Shown here in pieces: positions 47,201-58,420 of a stretch of 64,000 nucleotides of DNA; position 1 is the stretch's first letter; each line of letters starts with the position of its first letter. The stretch is from the IMG/VR virus record IMGVR_UViG_3300021399_000097; one strand, given 5' to 3'. The position numbers and the translations under genes are program-made. The notes below the pieces were generated by a model, which did no database searches, had not been told where the DNA came from, and saw nothing but the letters and a program-made list of their open reading frames with translations. This DNA is from a virus (Duplodnaviria > Heunggongvirae > Uroviricota > Caudoviricetes).

Positions 47201-50200
47201 GCTGGTTTTCGTACTAGTGTTTATGGATTCCCACTTCTTGTTTTCCATCAGCACAGCAAACCTAGCGATAAACAAAAGATTGGTACTTCTTATGAAGATG
47301 AAATCTATGAGTATATCGGTAGATATAATATGAACTTAGACAAAGGTTCTAATGAATATTATGGTTTTGAAGTTGAAGGCGAACAGAAATATATCACATT
47401 AGAAGATGGTACGCATCCTGCAATTGCTGATATCGCTGAATGTTGGGAACTTTGTGATAACCAAGGTACTTGGACTTCCTTCACATATCCTAGTGATGCT
47501 GAAAAGAATAAAGATGTGCCTGGCCGCAATGACTATTACTTTGGTACTTATGAAAAAGATAGCTATGATGCTAATGGTAATCCAGTAGCAGAACCAAAGT
47601 TAGAAGTGATTAACCACTTTGAATATAGATATAGCGCCTATGGGGATGAACTTGATGCTTGTTATGATTATGACGTACAAGCATATCCAGAAGAATTAGG
47701 TACTTTTGGACAAATCAATCAGTATTTAAGAGATAAATACAGAAACTTAGAAGCTGTTACTACTTGGTTAGATTCTACTAATACTGCAAAAGCTACTAAT
47801 GAAGCTTTAGCAGCTCCTTATGGCCCAGTTGTGGTCAGCGCAGGTGGAGAAAATATCCCAGGTGAAATCACTTATACTGAAAACAATGGTATTTATTCTG
47901 CAACTTATTACAAAGATACTCCTGCATATCGTTTAGCAAAGTTCAGAACAGAATTACCAAAGCACTTTAATGTTGACTATTGTGCTATTTATTATGTTTT
48001 AACTGAATTGTTATTATGTTATGACTCTCGTGGTAAAAATCTGATGTTAGCTACTTGGGGACCAAAAGAAGTAGGTGGAGACTATATTTGGTATCCTATT
48101 TTCTATGATATTGATACTCAATTAGGCTTGAACAATATCGGTGCTACTCTTTGGGACTATGATACTGATGCAAGTAAAGATGGTACATTCTCTACTCCTT
48201 CTAGTATTTTATGGGTTAACTTCGCAGCCACTTATGAGACAAAGATTATTAACACATATAAAGAACTTCGTGCTTCTAAATTAACTGAAACAAATGTTGA
48301 AGGTGCTTACTTATGTGACCCTAGCGTATTTGATTCTTATGCAATGCGCGGTGTAAGACCTGTTATTGCTATTGGTTTAGATGAATATGTTAAGTATTTA
48401 AAACCATCTGTTGCTGGTTATTATAATACTAAAGGTGAAGTTGTTCCAGATAGCTATGGTTATGTTTATGCTATCAATGGTGACCGTATGTTATCTCGTG
48501 AACTTTTAATTAGAAATAGACTTAACTATCTTGACTCCTATTGGAGAGCTGGTGACTATTCTACTGAAGTTGTTTCTGGTGATGATGGTTGTGTTATTGT
48601 TCGTGCAAATGCTAACGCAGGTCAGACTTCTGACTTATTCTTAGATTCTAATTCCTTAAGTGAATTACCTTCTAATGCAAATGCTGGTAGTAGTTTAGCT
48701 CCATATCCTGTTGAATATTTAGATGCTATCCCAGAATATACGATTACGCCTTTCTTAAAACAATATGTTTTCACATTTATTGATAAGATTCCTTCAGGGC
48801 GTTCTGTTAAGTTCTAGGGTGAACCTGTTTAGGCTTATGTATCTGAATCAATTTTGGATGGATTTAAAAAGACTCCTAACTTATCACAACAGATTACTCG
48901 TATCCCAGGTCCTTCATACATTTCTAGTTTAGGTGATTTAAGTACAAAATACTTTGACCAATTCTAGATTCCAAGTGCAAAGAGATTACTTGATTTGACT
49001 CTTGGTAGTGATATTGAAGGATACTATAATGGACGTAGTATGGCTAACTTTATCTTGAACGATAGTTTAAAGACTCAAGATGGTAGTAGTTTAAATGTAA
49101 ATAGAAAAACTTTATTACAAAAAGTTATTCTTACAAATATGACTCAATTGAATTATGCTATTGATGTTTCTGGTTCTGAAAAGTTACAAGAGTTCCGTGC
49201 GCTCGGCACTATTATTCAAGGTGTTGTGTTTGCTGAAGGTGCTCCATTAGATACAGTTCATTTACCAAAGACTGTTAATGGTATTGGTTTAGTTGAAGCT
49301 AAAAACTTAACTCACATACTCACTTCTACTCCTAAGATTAGAAAGAGTATTGCTGAGGGTTCTGCTTTCTATCCACATGAATCTTATGAAGGATTGTACT
49401 TAGAAGGCATTACTGATGTTGATGATAGCGCAGTTACTTTAGAGAATCAAGATGGACAATTAACCTGGAAGAACTTAGGTAATGTTGAAAGTGCTTCTAG
49501 TTTAATAAACATCAAGATTGTTGGTGGTAACTTAAAATATGACTCTTATAAGTTATTACGTAAAGCAATTGTCGCAAAAGAAAAAATAGCTGCTTCCGGC
49601 ACAAGATTAAAGATTAACCTTGAAAATATTGATTGGTGTCCATATACTCAATTAAGTGTTTATGATGAGTATGATTCTAATACTAATTATTATCAGGTTA
49701 CTGACCATAGTACATTTGTTCCTTATACTTATGATGAAAATACTTGGCAGCAATTATTGTTGAATGGTAAGATTTATACTTATGAATACTCACCAGACCA
49801 AGAAATTATTACATCATTAGACTTATTAGATTTCTTCCTTTAGGACTATGAAAATGGTTTAGCAACTACAACTCACTTAAATCACTATACTAATATGGAA
49901 AGTAGCACTGCTGCTTTACCAAGATTAACTGGTGTTATTTATGTTGAAAATACTGAACAAACTCCAATTCAAGAAGATACTTTAACTAGTGTTTATGCAG
50001 AAAAATGGCCTGAATTAACTATCTTTGCAAAATATGTTAGAGAATCTAATATTGTAAAATATGTTCAAGCTACTGATGATGGTCGTGAAAATGAATTAAG
50101 TGTTATCCGTTTAGCAAGTACTGTTGAGCATCCTGTGTTAACAACAGTTGTTCCTTCAAAGGCTCACTATGACTTTATTGGTTGGAGTACTGATATTGCA

Positions 50201-51304
50201 GGTAATAATATGTTCTTAAATTATGACTTTGAAAATAGGACATATCCAAATGCTGAAACTGAATTAGCAGCATTCACTTATACTATGTCATAGAATGTTT
50301 TAGTGTTATATGCACAATTTAAAATTCATGAGCATAATGTTTACTATTATGTTGGTGATGAGTTAATAGGTGGCGCACCTGTTAAAGTTCCTTATAATAC
50401 AGCATTAGTTGGCCCAAGCGTAATGCCTTATAAAGATGATTCAGATTTAGCATTAACAAGAACTTATAAGTTTAATGGATATTCAATGAATTCAGAAGAT
50501 ACTACTGAAGTAACTCAAGCTCCTCCTGCTATTGTTCTTCGTGACTTAAATCTGTATGCTACATTCGTAGAAGCAGATGTTCACGATAACGTTATAACAG
50601 ATATGAGTTGGTTTAACTTTAGTCCAATATCTCAAACATTATCTGTTGCAAAAGCAGGATTAACGGGTAAAATTACACTTCCTGCACAATATAACGGTCA
50701 AGATGTGTTAATATTTGCTACTGCAGGTATTGAATAGCCTGGTGTAACTCATATCTTCTGGGAACGTGGAAGTAAAGTCAATACTCTTAGTTAGAGTTGT
50801 TTCGCTGGTAAAGTATATCCTAACTTAATGTATTTTGAAATCCCAGTAAATAACTTCACAGTCCCTTATCATGGCTTCTCAGGATGCACTAATTTATTTA
50901 AGAGTGATAAGATAACTCAAGAAGATGTTGATAATTTCTTTGGTAGAATTACTGCATATGGTGAGAATGCCTTCGCGCAGACCTCTCCTAATTTTGCTAC
51001 TGATACATTCTTACATGATAAAGAATTAAGATTACCAGGGAATGTAGTTGAATTAAGTAACCGTGCTTTCAGTAGTACGTTAATTCGCAGCGTAAGATTT
51101 GGTAATGTTGATGACCCATTCACTTTAGACCCAGGTCAATGGGGCACTGGTATCTTCCAAGGTTCCGGTTATGGATAGTTATTAGTATCTACCACTCCTG
51201 TTCCTGTGACATTCTATTACAATCCAATTATGGGCTTAGATTCTGACACGATTACTAATAAATTGTCTTGTGGTTCTATTGATACTATTGAGGCAACAGG
51301 TTAA
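44294..51304 (+). CDS. 2336-aa multidomain virion-associated protein: LamG-like, CotH-like kinase, LRR, InlB-B-type repeats, BspA-type LRR
   Basis: Eight fragments in one frame; VQGTSSQGYPRRNFK, YIGRYNMNLDK, YDSRGKNLML, WYPIFYDIDTQLG; FIGWST repeat; C-terminal FSGCTNL/GENAF/LSNRAF. Confidence 0.8.
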
Positions 51305-51322
51305 TAGATTGGAGGCTAATAA

Positions 51323-51526
51323 ATGAAAAGATAGGTTTTTTACAGATATCTTGGAACTAATGGAGTTATTGAGTCTCCAGTCCATTTAGAAGATATTTAT
51401 TATGTTAGAATAGTTTTATTAACTGCTGACAAAGATAAAGTCTTAACCGATGGAATTGAGAGAAAACAATCAGTCCGTGTTCCAGAAGAGGAAATTGGAA
51501 ATTGGTGGGAAGTTCCGGCCAATTAA
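51323..51526 (+). CDS. 67-aa small protein (fibre-associated chaperone candidate)
   Basis: GGAGG RBS; TAG at codon 4; TAA stop. Confidence 0.65.
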
Positions 51527-51560
51527 GATTATTTAAATTACAATTATTTTAATAAATAAA

Positions 51561-51585
51561 GAGGGAGAAAAACTTTTTCTCCCTC
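51561..51585. terminator. Intergenic hairpin
   Basis: GAGGGAGAAAAA / TTTTTCTCCCTC stem; no clear T-run. Confidence 0.45.
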
Positions 51586-51618
51586 TCAAAATATGATAGA
51601 AAGGAAGAGAAAGAATCT

Positions 51619-53934
51619 ATGATTACAAAAATCACTTCTGCTAATGATATAGAACTTTTTGCTCCTAGATTTGAACAAATCACTAATGCTTTAGCAGTTT
51701 CTGAACCTACTGTTCGTGGTGAAATTGTTTCTGCTATTGGAAGTAAAGTAGATGAGCTTGGTGGTAGTGCTAATATAAAAGCATATTTTCAATCTGTTGT
51801 ATCTGAACAAAAAGTAAGAAGCATTTCCAAAGAAGTTTTAGTTGATGCTTTTACTTCTGTTTTATATGAAAACTCTACAGCTAATGGAGGCGACTTAAGT
51901 GCCGCAAATATTGAAGCTGGTATTGAGTTAGCAAGCGATGTTGCTGATGCCGCTGTTGCTAAAGCAAAAGAAGTTGGCATTGTTATTGATTCTATTGAAA
52001 GTTATTTTGGTAATTTAAAAGCAATTGCTGCTTTACAGACTTCTAAATTTGAAGATGGTAAGTTCCTTCTCGTTACTCCTGCTGATGAACCTTATTTTGA
52101 AATTGATGCTAATACAAGAGTTATCAATATTCCTGCACATTTCAAGAAATATGGTGTTGGCGTACAAGGAGACCATGAGGCTGAATTAATTGTCTTTAAG
52201 ATTGATAGATATTTTGACCATCAAGACTTTATGGAAACTAAGATTGCCATTAACTGGAACTTTACTCCTAATGGTTCTCGTGTTCCCGCATATGAAGAAA
52301 CTCAGACTCAAGTTGCTTTTGCAAAAGATGATGAGTTAGAGCCAGGTTATGTCGTATTTGGTTTCTTTATCACAAATGAAATGACACCTGTTAAAGGTAC
52401 TCTTCAGTTTGCAGTTACTTGCTATGATACTGATAATGACCTTATCAACTATAGCTTTAACACTCAAACTGCTACCTTAGCAATTAATGAAGGTTTAACT
52501 TTAGAAGACCCAACAAAGGTTAAGAGCGTGGCCGCAGCTGCTTTAGCACGTCTTTCTAATAGTGCTTACAATCCTGATGGAGTTACTCCTATTGCTGACC
52601 CAGAGTGGCAATTAGGTGTTCTTAATGAAGAAAACAAACCTCTTGGACTTCCTGCAAAACTTAACTTTGTTATGGACGCTCAAGGTGTTGAAGCAGAAAC
52701 ATTATCAATTATCACTCAAGCCTATGCTCCTGGTCTTGTTGATATGAAATATACTTGGTATTCTGCTGTTGAAGATGGTATTCCTGCTGTCGTTCAGCCT
52801 GCTGAAATTATTACTAAGCCAAGTGATTATTTTGTTACTACTGATACAGAGCCAAATGATAAGTCTGTCTATTATGTAAAAAATGATGATGGCACTATTA
52901 ACACAACTCCTCTTGCTGGTGATGCTATTCAAGAAGCATTTGATGACCCAACAGTTGAAGTTTATGAATTAGGCTCTTCTTACAATGCTCTTAAGGCTGG
53001 CAGATATCAAGTAAAAGCACAGGCTGAAAAGATTGCTGTTCGTCCTAATGGTACTTATATTAAGACCACTAGTAACGAAATTGAAAGTAATGTTTGCTTA
53101 GTGCCTCCTGCTGCTAAACCAAATGTTTCTTTAGTTGTTGATACTGCTTATGAAGATGACTATGAAGTTATTGAAGAAACCAATTATAAGTATATTTCTG
53201 CTAGTGTTCCTCCTGTGATTAAAGCTGTTGTTAGTAGCTCTAATGATGAACCACTCGGCGCTGTTGCTGTTGAGGTTTTAAAGAATGAGCAGATTAGCGA
53301 CTTAACAGAAGAAGATATTCTTGCAGGCGATTATACATTTGAGATTCTCCCAGAAAGTGGAGAAAAACAAGTTAATGCTGCTGGCGTTACTGAAGAAGGC
53401 GAGTATCGTGTGCGTGCAATCAACCGCCGTAACCATACTTATAATGTCTCTGAACCTTCTGAAAGTATCGTAACTTCTTTCATTGCTCCAAAGATTACTA
53501 AACTTGATATTAGCACTATTGATGGTACTGATAAAGTTTATATGCTTGAAGAAGGCGCTCGTCCTGAAGGCTCTAATGAAGAAGGTCGCGCAATTGAATT
53601 AAATAACACTTATCCAGAACGTTTATTCGTTATTGATGATAAGACTGAAGCTGCTAATAAGTATGCAGATGCAATCACTTCTTACTATGTTGAAGAAGTT
53701 TACAAAGATCCTGCTACTGGTGAATGGAAGCTTTCTTATGCTGAGACCAATCCAGATCCAGATGAAATTGAAGTTCTCTTTGATGCTACTTATGTTGATG
53801 CAGACCATCCAGATGGCGCATACACCTTTGTAATTAACAAAGATTCTGGTATTTATCGTATTCGTACAGAAAATCGTTATCACGGAACTCTTCGTATCGG
53901 TTATACTGACGTATTTAAAGCAGTTCTTGTATAA
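51619..53934 (+). CDS. 771-aa acidic structural protein with a BppU-N-like upper-baseplate domain and Ig-like C-terminus, TAG-free
   Basis: FEIDANTRVINIP..GVQGDHEAELIVFKIDRYFD..GTLQFAV. Confidence 0.7.
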   Translation: MITKITSANDIELFAPRFEQITNALAVSEPTVRGEIVSAIGSKVDELGGSANIKAYFQSVVSEQKVRSISKEVLVDAFTSVLYENSTANGGDLSAANIEAGIELASDVADAAVAKAKEVGIVIDSIESYFGNLKAIAALQTSKFEDGKFLLVTPADEPYFEIDANTRVINIPAHFKKYGVGVQGDHEAELIVFKIDRYFDHQDFMETKIAINWNFTPNGSRVPAYEETQTQVAFAKDDELEPGYVVFGFFITNEMTPVKGTLQFAVTCYDTDNDLINYSFNTQTATLAINEGLTLEDPTKVKSVAAAALARLSNSAYNPDGVTPIADPEWQLGVLNEENKPLGLPAKLNFVMDAQGVEAETLSIITQAYAPGLVDMKYTWYSAVEDGIPAVVQPAEIITKPSDYFVTTDTEPNDKSVYYVKNDDGTINTTPLAGDAIQEAFDDPTVEVYELGSSYNALKAGRYQVKAQAEKIAVRPNGTYIKTTSNEIESNVCLVPPAAKPNVSLVVDTAYEDDYEVIEETNYKYISASVPPVIKAVVSSSNDEPLGAVAVEVLKNEQISDLTEEDILAGDYTFEILPESGEKQVNAAGVTEEGEYRVRAINRRNHTYNVSEPSESIVTSFIAPKITKLDISTIDGTDKVYMLEEGARPEGSNEEGRAIELNNTYPERLFVIDDKTEAANKYADAITSYYVEEVYKDPATGEWKLSYAETNPDPDEIEVLFDATYVDADHPDGAYTFVINKDSGIYRIRTENRYHGTLRIGYTDVFKAVLV

Positions 53935-53958
53935 TAATTCTAACAGGGGGTATAAGAT

Positions 53959-54567
53959 ATGGTTACTGGTAGTGAAGAATATCAAAGATTCTTAGCGTCT
54001 ATTGCTGAGTCATATAATCCTCCTAGTATAAGAATGAGAATACCAACTGATGAACCAGTATATGAAATTAATTTAAATTCAAGGGTCATTTCTACACCAA
54101 GTTTTCTTGGTGTAGAAGCTGACCATGAAGCAGAGTTAATCTATTTTGAAATGGATAGATTTTATGACTCTGTGGATTTATCTACTTGTATTGGAATCGT
54201 TGAATTTCGTAATGCAAAAAATGAAGAGTATTACTATGTTATTCCTTACTTTGATGTAGTAAGTAAAACTGGTAAAATGATTTTTGCTTGGGATATTCAA
54301 AGTCCTGTAACAAAATATGGTGGTTCAGTTTAGTTCTCCTTTAAGTTTTTTAGAGTTAATCCCACCTCTGGAGAATTATTATATGAATTAAATACTTTGG
54401 TGGCAAAAACTAGAGTATTAGTTGGTTGGGCAACTAAAAATGGCGCCAATCATAACTATAATACAATTAGCGCACAAGATATTTTAGTTAATAATGATTT
54501 TATTTAGAAATTGGCCCAGCTTGAATAGATACAAAAGAATCTTTCTATCTATTGGATAGATGCGTGA
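53959..54567 (+). CDS. 202-aa BppU-N-like protein, paralogous to the domain in 51619-53934
   Basis: YEINLNSRVIS..GVEADHEAELIYFEMDRFYD..GSVQFSF (Q=TAG). Confidence 0.75.
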
Positions 54568-54601
54568 GAGTAGGTAGGTTTTACCTACTCTCTTTTTTTT
54601 T
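54566..54601 (+). terminator. Rho-independent terminator
   Basis: GAGAGTAGGTA / TACCTACTCTC stem plus long T-run. Confidence 0.85.
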
Positions 54602-54683
54602 TGGACTGATATAAATAATTTGTCTCTATTATTTTTCTTAAAATATAGAAATAATTATTTTTTTGAGAGAAAGGAGAAAGTTT

Positions 54684-56813
54684 ATGTTATCTGATTCTAG
54701 ATATGTAGATAATGTAGTGTTGTAGAAAGCAACATTACAATCATTATTAACTAACATAAAAAATTATCCTATTACAGATATAGAATATATACAAGAAGAT
54801 GAGCGTGATATCAGTACAGACTTACCTATTTGGGAAGATTATACAGATGGGTCTCCTTGTATTAAAATAACATATGGTGATAGCGAAACACTAAAAGGTA
54901 ATATTATTTTTGCTGAATCATTAAAAGTTAGAATTAATGAAGCAAAAAAGGCAATTATTACAAAAACAAATACAATTGCCGATTACCAAAATAGAGTATC
55001 CCATTGGAATAAAGTTTATGAAGTAAATAATGAAATCTATCAAGGTAGGCGTGCAGTGTTAGATGCCTATGGTGGCAGTATCAGTGCTGATGCTATGAAT
55101 GATAGAGATGCTATTATGGCATTAGGCCAATTAGTTGATGATTTAAAATATGGTTTAGGCCAAAGCTTAAGTGGTAGTTGGTGGTCTCCTGAGCCTAACC
55201 ATGTATATGCAGTCTTTGAAGAACAATGGAAGAATGTTGCCTAGAATAATTATTTAATTGTTAATAGACTTGAAGAATATGATAATCGTATTACATACTA
55301 TACTAAAAATGGTAATGTATATAATGAATATACTTATTCTACTGCCGCTAAATGGACAGAAGATTTAGAGAATGAAAAAGTTTATAAACATTATGCTATA
55401 TTTGTTCCTATTTTAAGAGAACGTTCTGAATTAATTGCAGCATTACGTTCTACTGGTTATTTAACTCCAGAAGAACATCAAGCTTTAATACAATTAGAAC
55501 AATCAGTTACAGATTATCCAGAATATGAACAATCTGATACTGTAGCTGCAGCAGCTGATATTATTACTATCCAATAGTATGTTACTGCTTATTTAAATCT
55601 TGTTGTTAATGCGGCTTTAGCTAAAAGAGATGCCGCCTTGGCCGCACGAGATAGTTTAATCAACTCTGCAACTGACTTAACTTCATAGATTAAAGAATTA
55701 AGAGATAGTATTAATACTTGGAATGAATGGATAGCATAGATTGCTACTGGTAGATATAAACTTAATGCAGATGGTAATGGAATTGAAGAAATAACTGATA
55801 GTTCTCAAATTACTGATAAAACCATGACTGGTTATAAATATGTCAAAGTTGGTAGCAGTATTAAATTTACTGATTCTAATGGTAATAATTTAACTGAAGT
55901 TAATCCAAGTAATGCGCAAGCCACTGGTACATTTAGGGTAACAACTAATGGGCATACTTATGATGTTCCTATTAAGGGATTAACTAGTGGTTCTGGCGAT
56001 ACATTTAATATCACAGCACAATATGCTGTTTATGATGATAGTGAAAAAACTAAAAATCCAAAAGTAAAGATTAGTGATAAGTATGTAAAAATTGCAGGCG
56101 ACACTATGACAGGACCTTTGGAGATTTCTCCTAATGCACAAGGTTGGACGCAAGATAATGTTAGCTTAAACTTATTAGGCAGTATAGCGCAAGCTGGTAG
56201 TATTGTTACCAGTAATGGGCATATCTTTGCGAATGGTGGCGCAGTTATCGCAAGTACATATTTAGCTTTAAGAGGATATCCAGAAATGTCTCCAAATAGT
56301 TCTGCTGGTTTTTATTATGATGGTACTAATACTAGAATTAGAACTTACAACATCAGTGGCGAAGGAGATACTGTAGACTTCTAGTCTCGTAAAGTATATA
56401 ATGCTGTATTTAATGATTATGCTGAATACCGCAAAACTATTGATGCTAAACCAGGTTTCTGCGTTGTTGATAATGATGATGGTTCTTTGACAATTGCTAA
56501 TGAACGTTTGATGCCAGGCGCACAGGTTATATCAGATACTTTTGGTACTTGCATGGGCGAAACGAATGAGTGTAAGACACCATTGGCCGTGGCGGGACGA
56601 GTATTGGTATACCCATACAAAAATAGAAAGGAATATCATGCTGGGATGGCAGTCTGTACTGCCCCAGGCGGGACAGTTGATATTATGTCCCGAGAAGAAA
56701 TTAAAGACTATCCAGATTGTATAGTAGGTATTGTTAGTGAAATACCTGACTATACAGAATGGGGTAGTGACAATGTTTAGGTTGATGGACGTATTTGGAT
56801 TAAGGTAAAATAA
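54684..56813 (+). CDS. 709-aa tail fibre/spike with C-terminal intramolecular chaperone (peptidase G2-like autocleavage domain)
   Basis: YVKIAGDTMTGPL fibre motif; NDYAEY followed by PLAVAGRVLV...GRIWIKVK. Confidence 0.8.
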
Positions 56814-56816
56814 AAT

Positions 56817-56852
56817 AAAGGGTTAGACTTTTTATAAGTCTAACCCTTTTTT
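56817..56852. terminator. Terminator between convergent transcription units, possibly bidirectional
   Basis: AAAGGGTTAGACTT / AAGTCTAACCCTTT stem with a T-run on + and an A-run on the other side. Confidence 0.85.
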
Positions 56853-56949
56853 CTTGTTTTTGGTTAAAAAATACCCAACGGATTTTTTATTTTGGATTTC
56901 GGTTGAGACATCCACCAGCGGCCGGAGGAGTTCTTGCGTCCGCCAAGTT

Positions 56950-58209
56950 TCAACCATTTTCTATGCTTTTATCACGCAAACAGATATTTAAAATAATTCC
57001 CACGATTAAGGCAAGTGCTGTTGCTGAGAAACTAATTGTTGTACCGCCGACTACAAGACCACTAATACCAAGAGAAAGAACAGAAGATACAATAATTAAG
57101 TTCTTTTGGATATTTAAATCAGTTTTTTGCAGCATCTTTATTCCACTACAAGCGATGAAACCGTATAATATGATAGCGGCACCTGCGAATACACAACTTG
57201 GAATTGATGCGATAAAAGCTTGAACCGGAGCGAGAAATCCTAAGAGGATAAGGATAATTGCGGCACCTACGGTGACAAAGGTTGAAGCTACTTTGCTAAA
57301 TCCTACACAGGCTACCCCTTCTCCATAGGAACATTCACCAAGTCCGCCGAATACTGAACCTACTAAGTTGGCAAACCCTTCTCCAATAAAGATTCTTCCT
57401 AAGCCAGGATTTCTGTATAAGTCTACACCAATAATTCCTCCTAAAGCAGCATGGTCAGATAAACATTCCATCATTGCAGAAATTGTGTATGCTATGTACA
57501 TAATTATAACTGGAAGAATTGTAGAGAGCTGCACAGAAGTCCAATGTAGAAATGCGAAGTCTGGGACGATAAATAATTTTAAATCCTTAAAAACGGAAAA
57601 ATCAACTATTTCATATACCCCACTAACTGTAAGGATAATAGCAACTACATATCCAACTAAAGTTCCAAGTAAGAATGGGAGAATCTTTAGCATCCCTTTA
57701 GCATAGTGGCTAATAAGCGCAATTGCAAGCATAGTAATCAGCGCAACTATAATGCCCCATTGACTAGTTACTCCTGCAATCTGCACATAACTAAGAATAA
57801 ATGGCATTAAATTAACACCAATAACTACAGTTACAGCGCCAATGAGCGCAGGTGGGAAAACTTTGTATATCTTATCTACTGGAATGCGGGTAAAAATAAT
57901 TCCAAATAAACTATAAATTACACAAGTCACAAGTCCACCAATAGCAACTGCAGTATAACCGCCTAAAGCCAAAGCAGCCATTACTGGCGCAACAAATGCT
58001 CCGCTGTTTGAGATAAACATAGGAGACTTAAAACCAGTAATTAAAAGATAACAAATGGTGGAAAGTCCTGCACCAACCAGTGCTCCACTAACCGCGACGC
58101 CGCAGATATTTGCAATTAAAACTGTTGCTACGAAAACAGATAACATCAACTATACTGAAAATGAAACTAATTTACCAAAAGGCAATCTGTCATTTATATT
58201 ATAAATCAT
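56950..58209 (-). CDS. NCS2/NAT family nucleobase permease (UraA/PyrP-like), 419 aa
   Basis: Highly hydrophobic with many predicted TM segments; TM1 SVQLML (Q=TAG); MECLSDH, SYGEG..SKVAS signature region, GGA..LYGFIA-like segment. Confidence 0.9.
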
Positions 58210-58216
58210 TTTTATT

Positions 58217-58420
58217 TTAACTCCTTGATTTAATAATTTCATTTAAATTATCTCTAATAGAAATTATTTCTTCTATTGGAACATCTAATAATATATCTAT
58301 ACCATAAGGTAGAACTAGAACAACATCTTCTTCATTAAGGACTTTACGTAATTGTGTAGCTATTTTATATGTTGTATCTATATCTATCTTATTAGTATCA
58401 ACTTTTAAAATATTAATCAT
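58217..58420 (-). CDS. 67-aa hypothetical protein
   Basis: ORF track; tight overlap with its neighbours. Confidence 0.6.
   Translation of the reverse strand: MINILKVDTNKIDIDTTYKIATQLRKVLNEEDVVLVLPYGIDILLDVPIEEIISIRDNLNEIIKSRS

Noticed and set aside
3253-56813. Fragmented ORFs read as pseudogenes, a decayed prophage or sequencing errors
   Set aside because: Interruptions are exclusively TAG, fragments stay in one frame, and conserved motifs continue across them. Decay or errors would also give TAA/TGA and frameshifts.
41480-56813. Diversity-generating retroelement or shufflon acting on fibre genes
   Set aside because: No reverse transcriptase or invertase, and no near-identical TR/VR pair or repeated crossover sites noticed in this window.
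56855-56950. tRNA- or riboswitch-like element downstream of the permease
   Set aside because: Short GC-rich stretch without a cloverleaf or recognisable aptamer; it lies 3' of the gene, not in a leader.
56903-57706. Plus-strand ORFs 56903-57223 and 57368-57706
   Set aside because: Antisense to the permease; hydrophobic codons leave open opposite frames.
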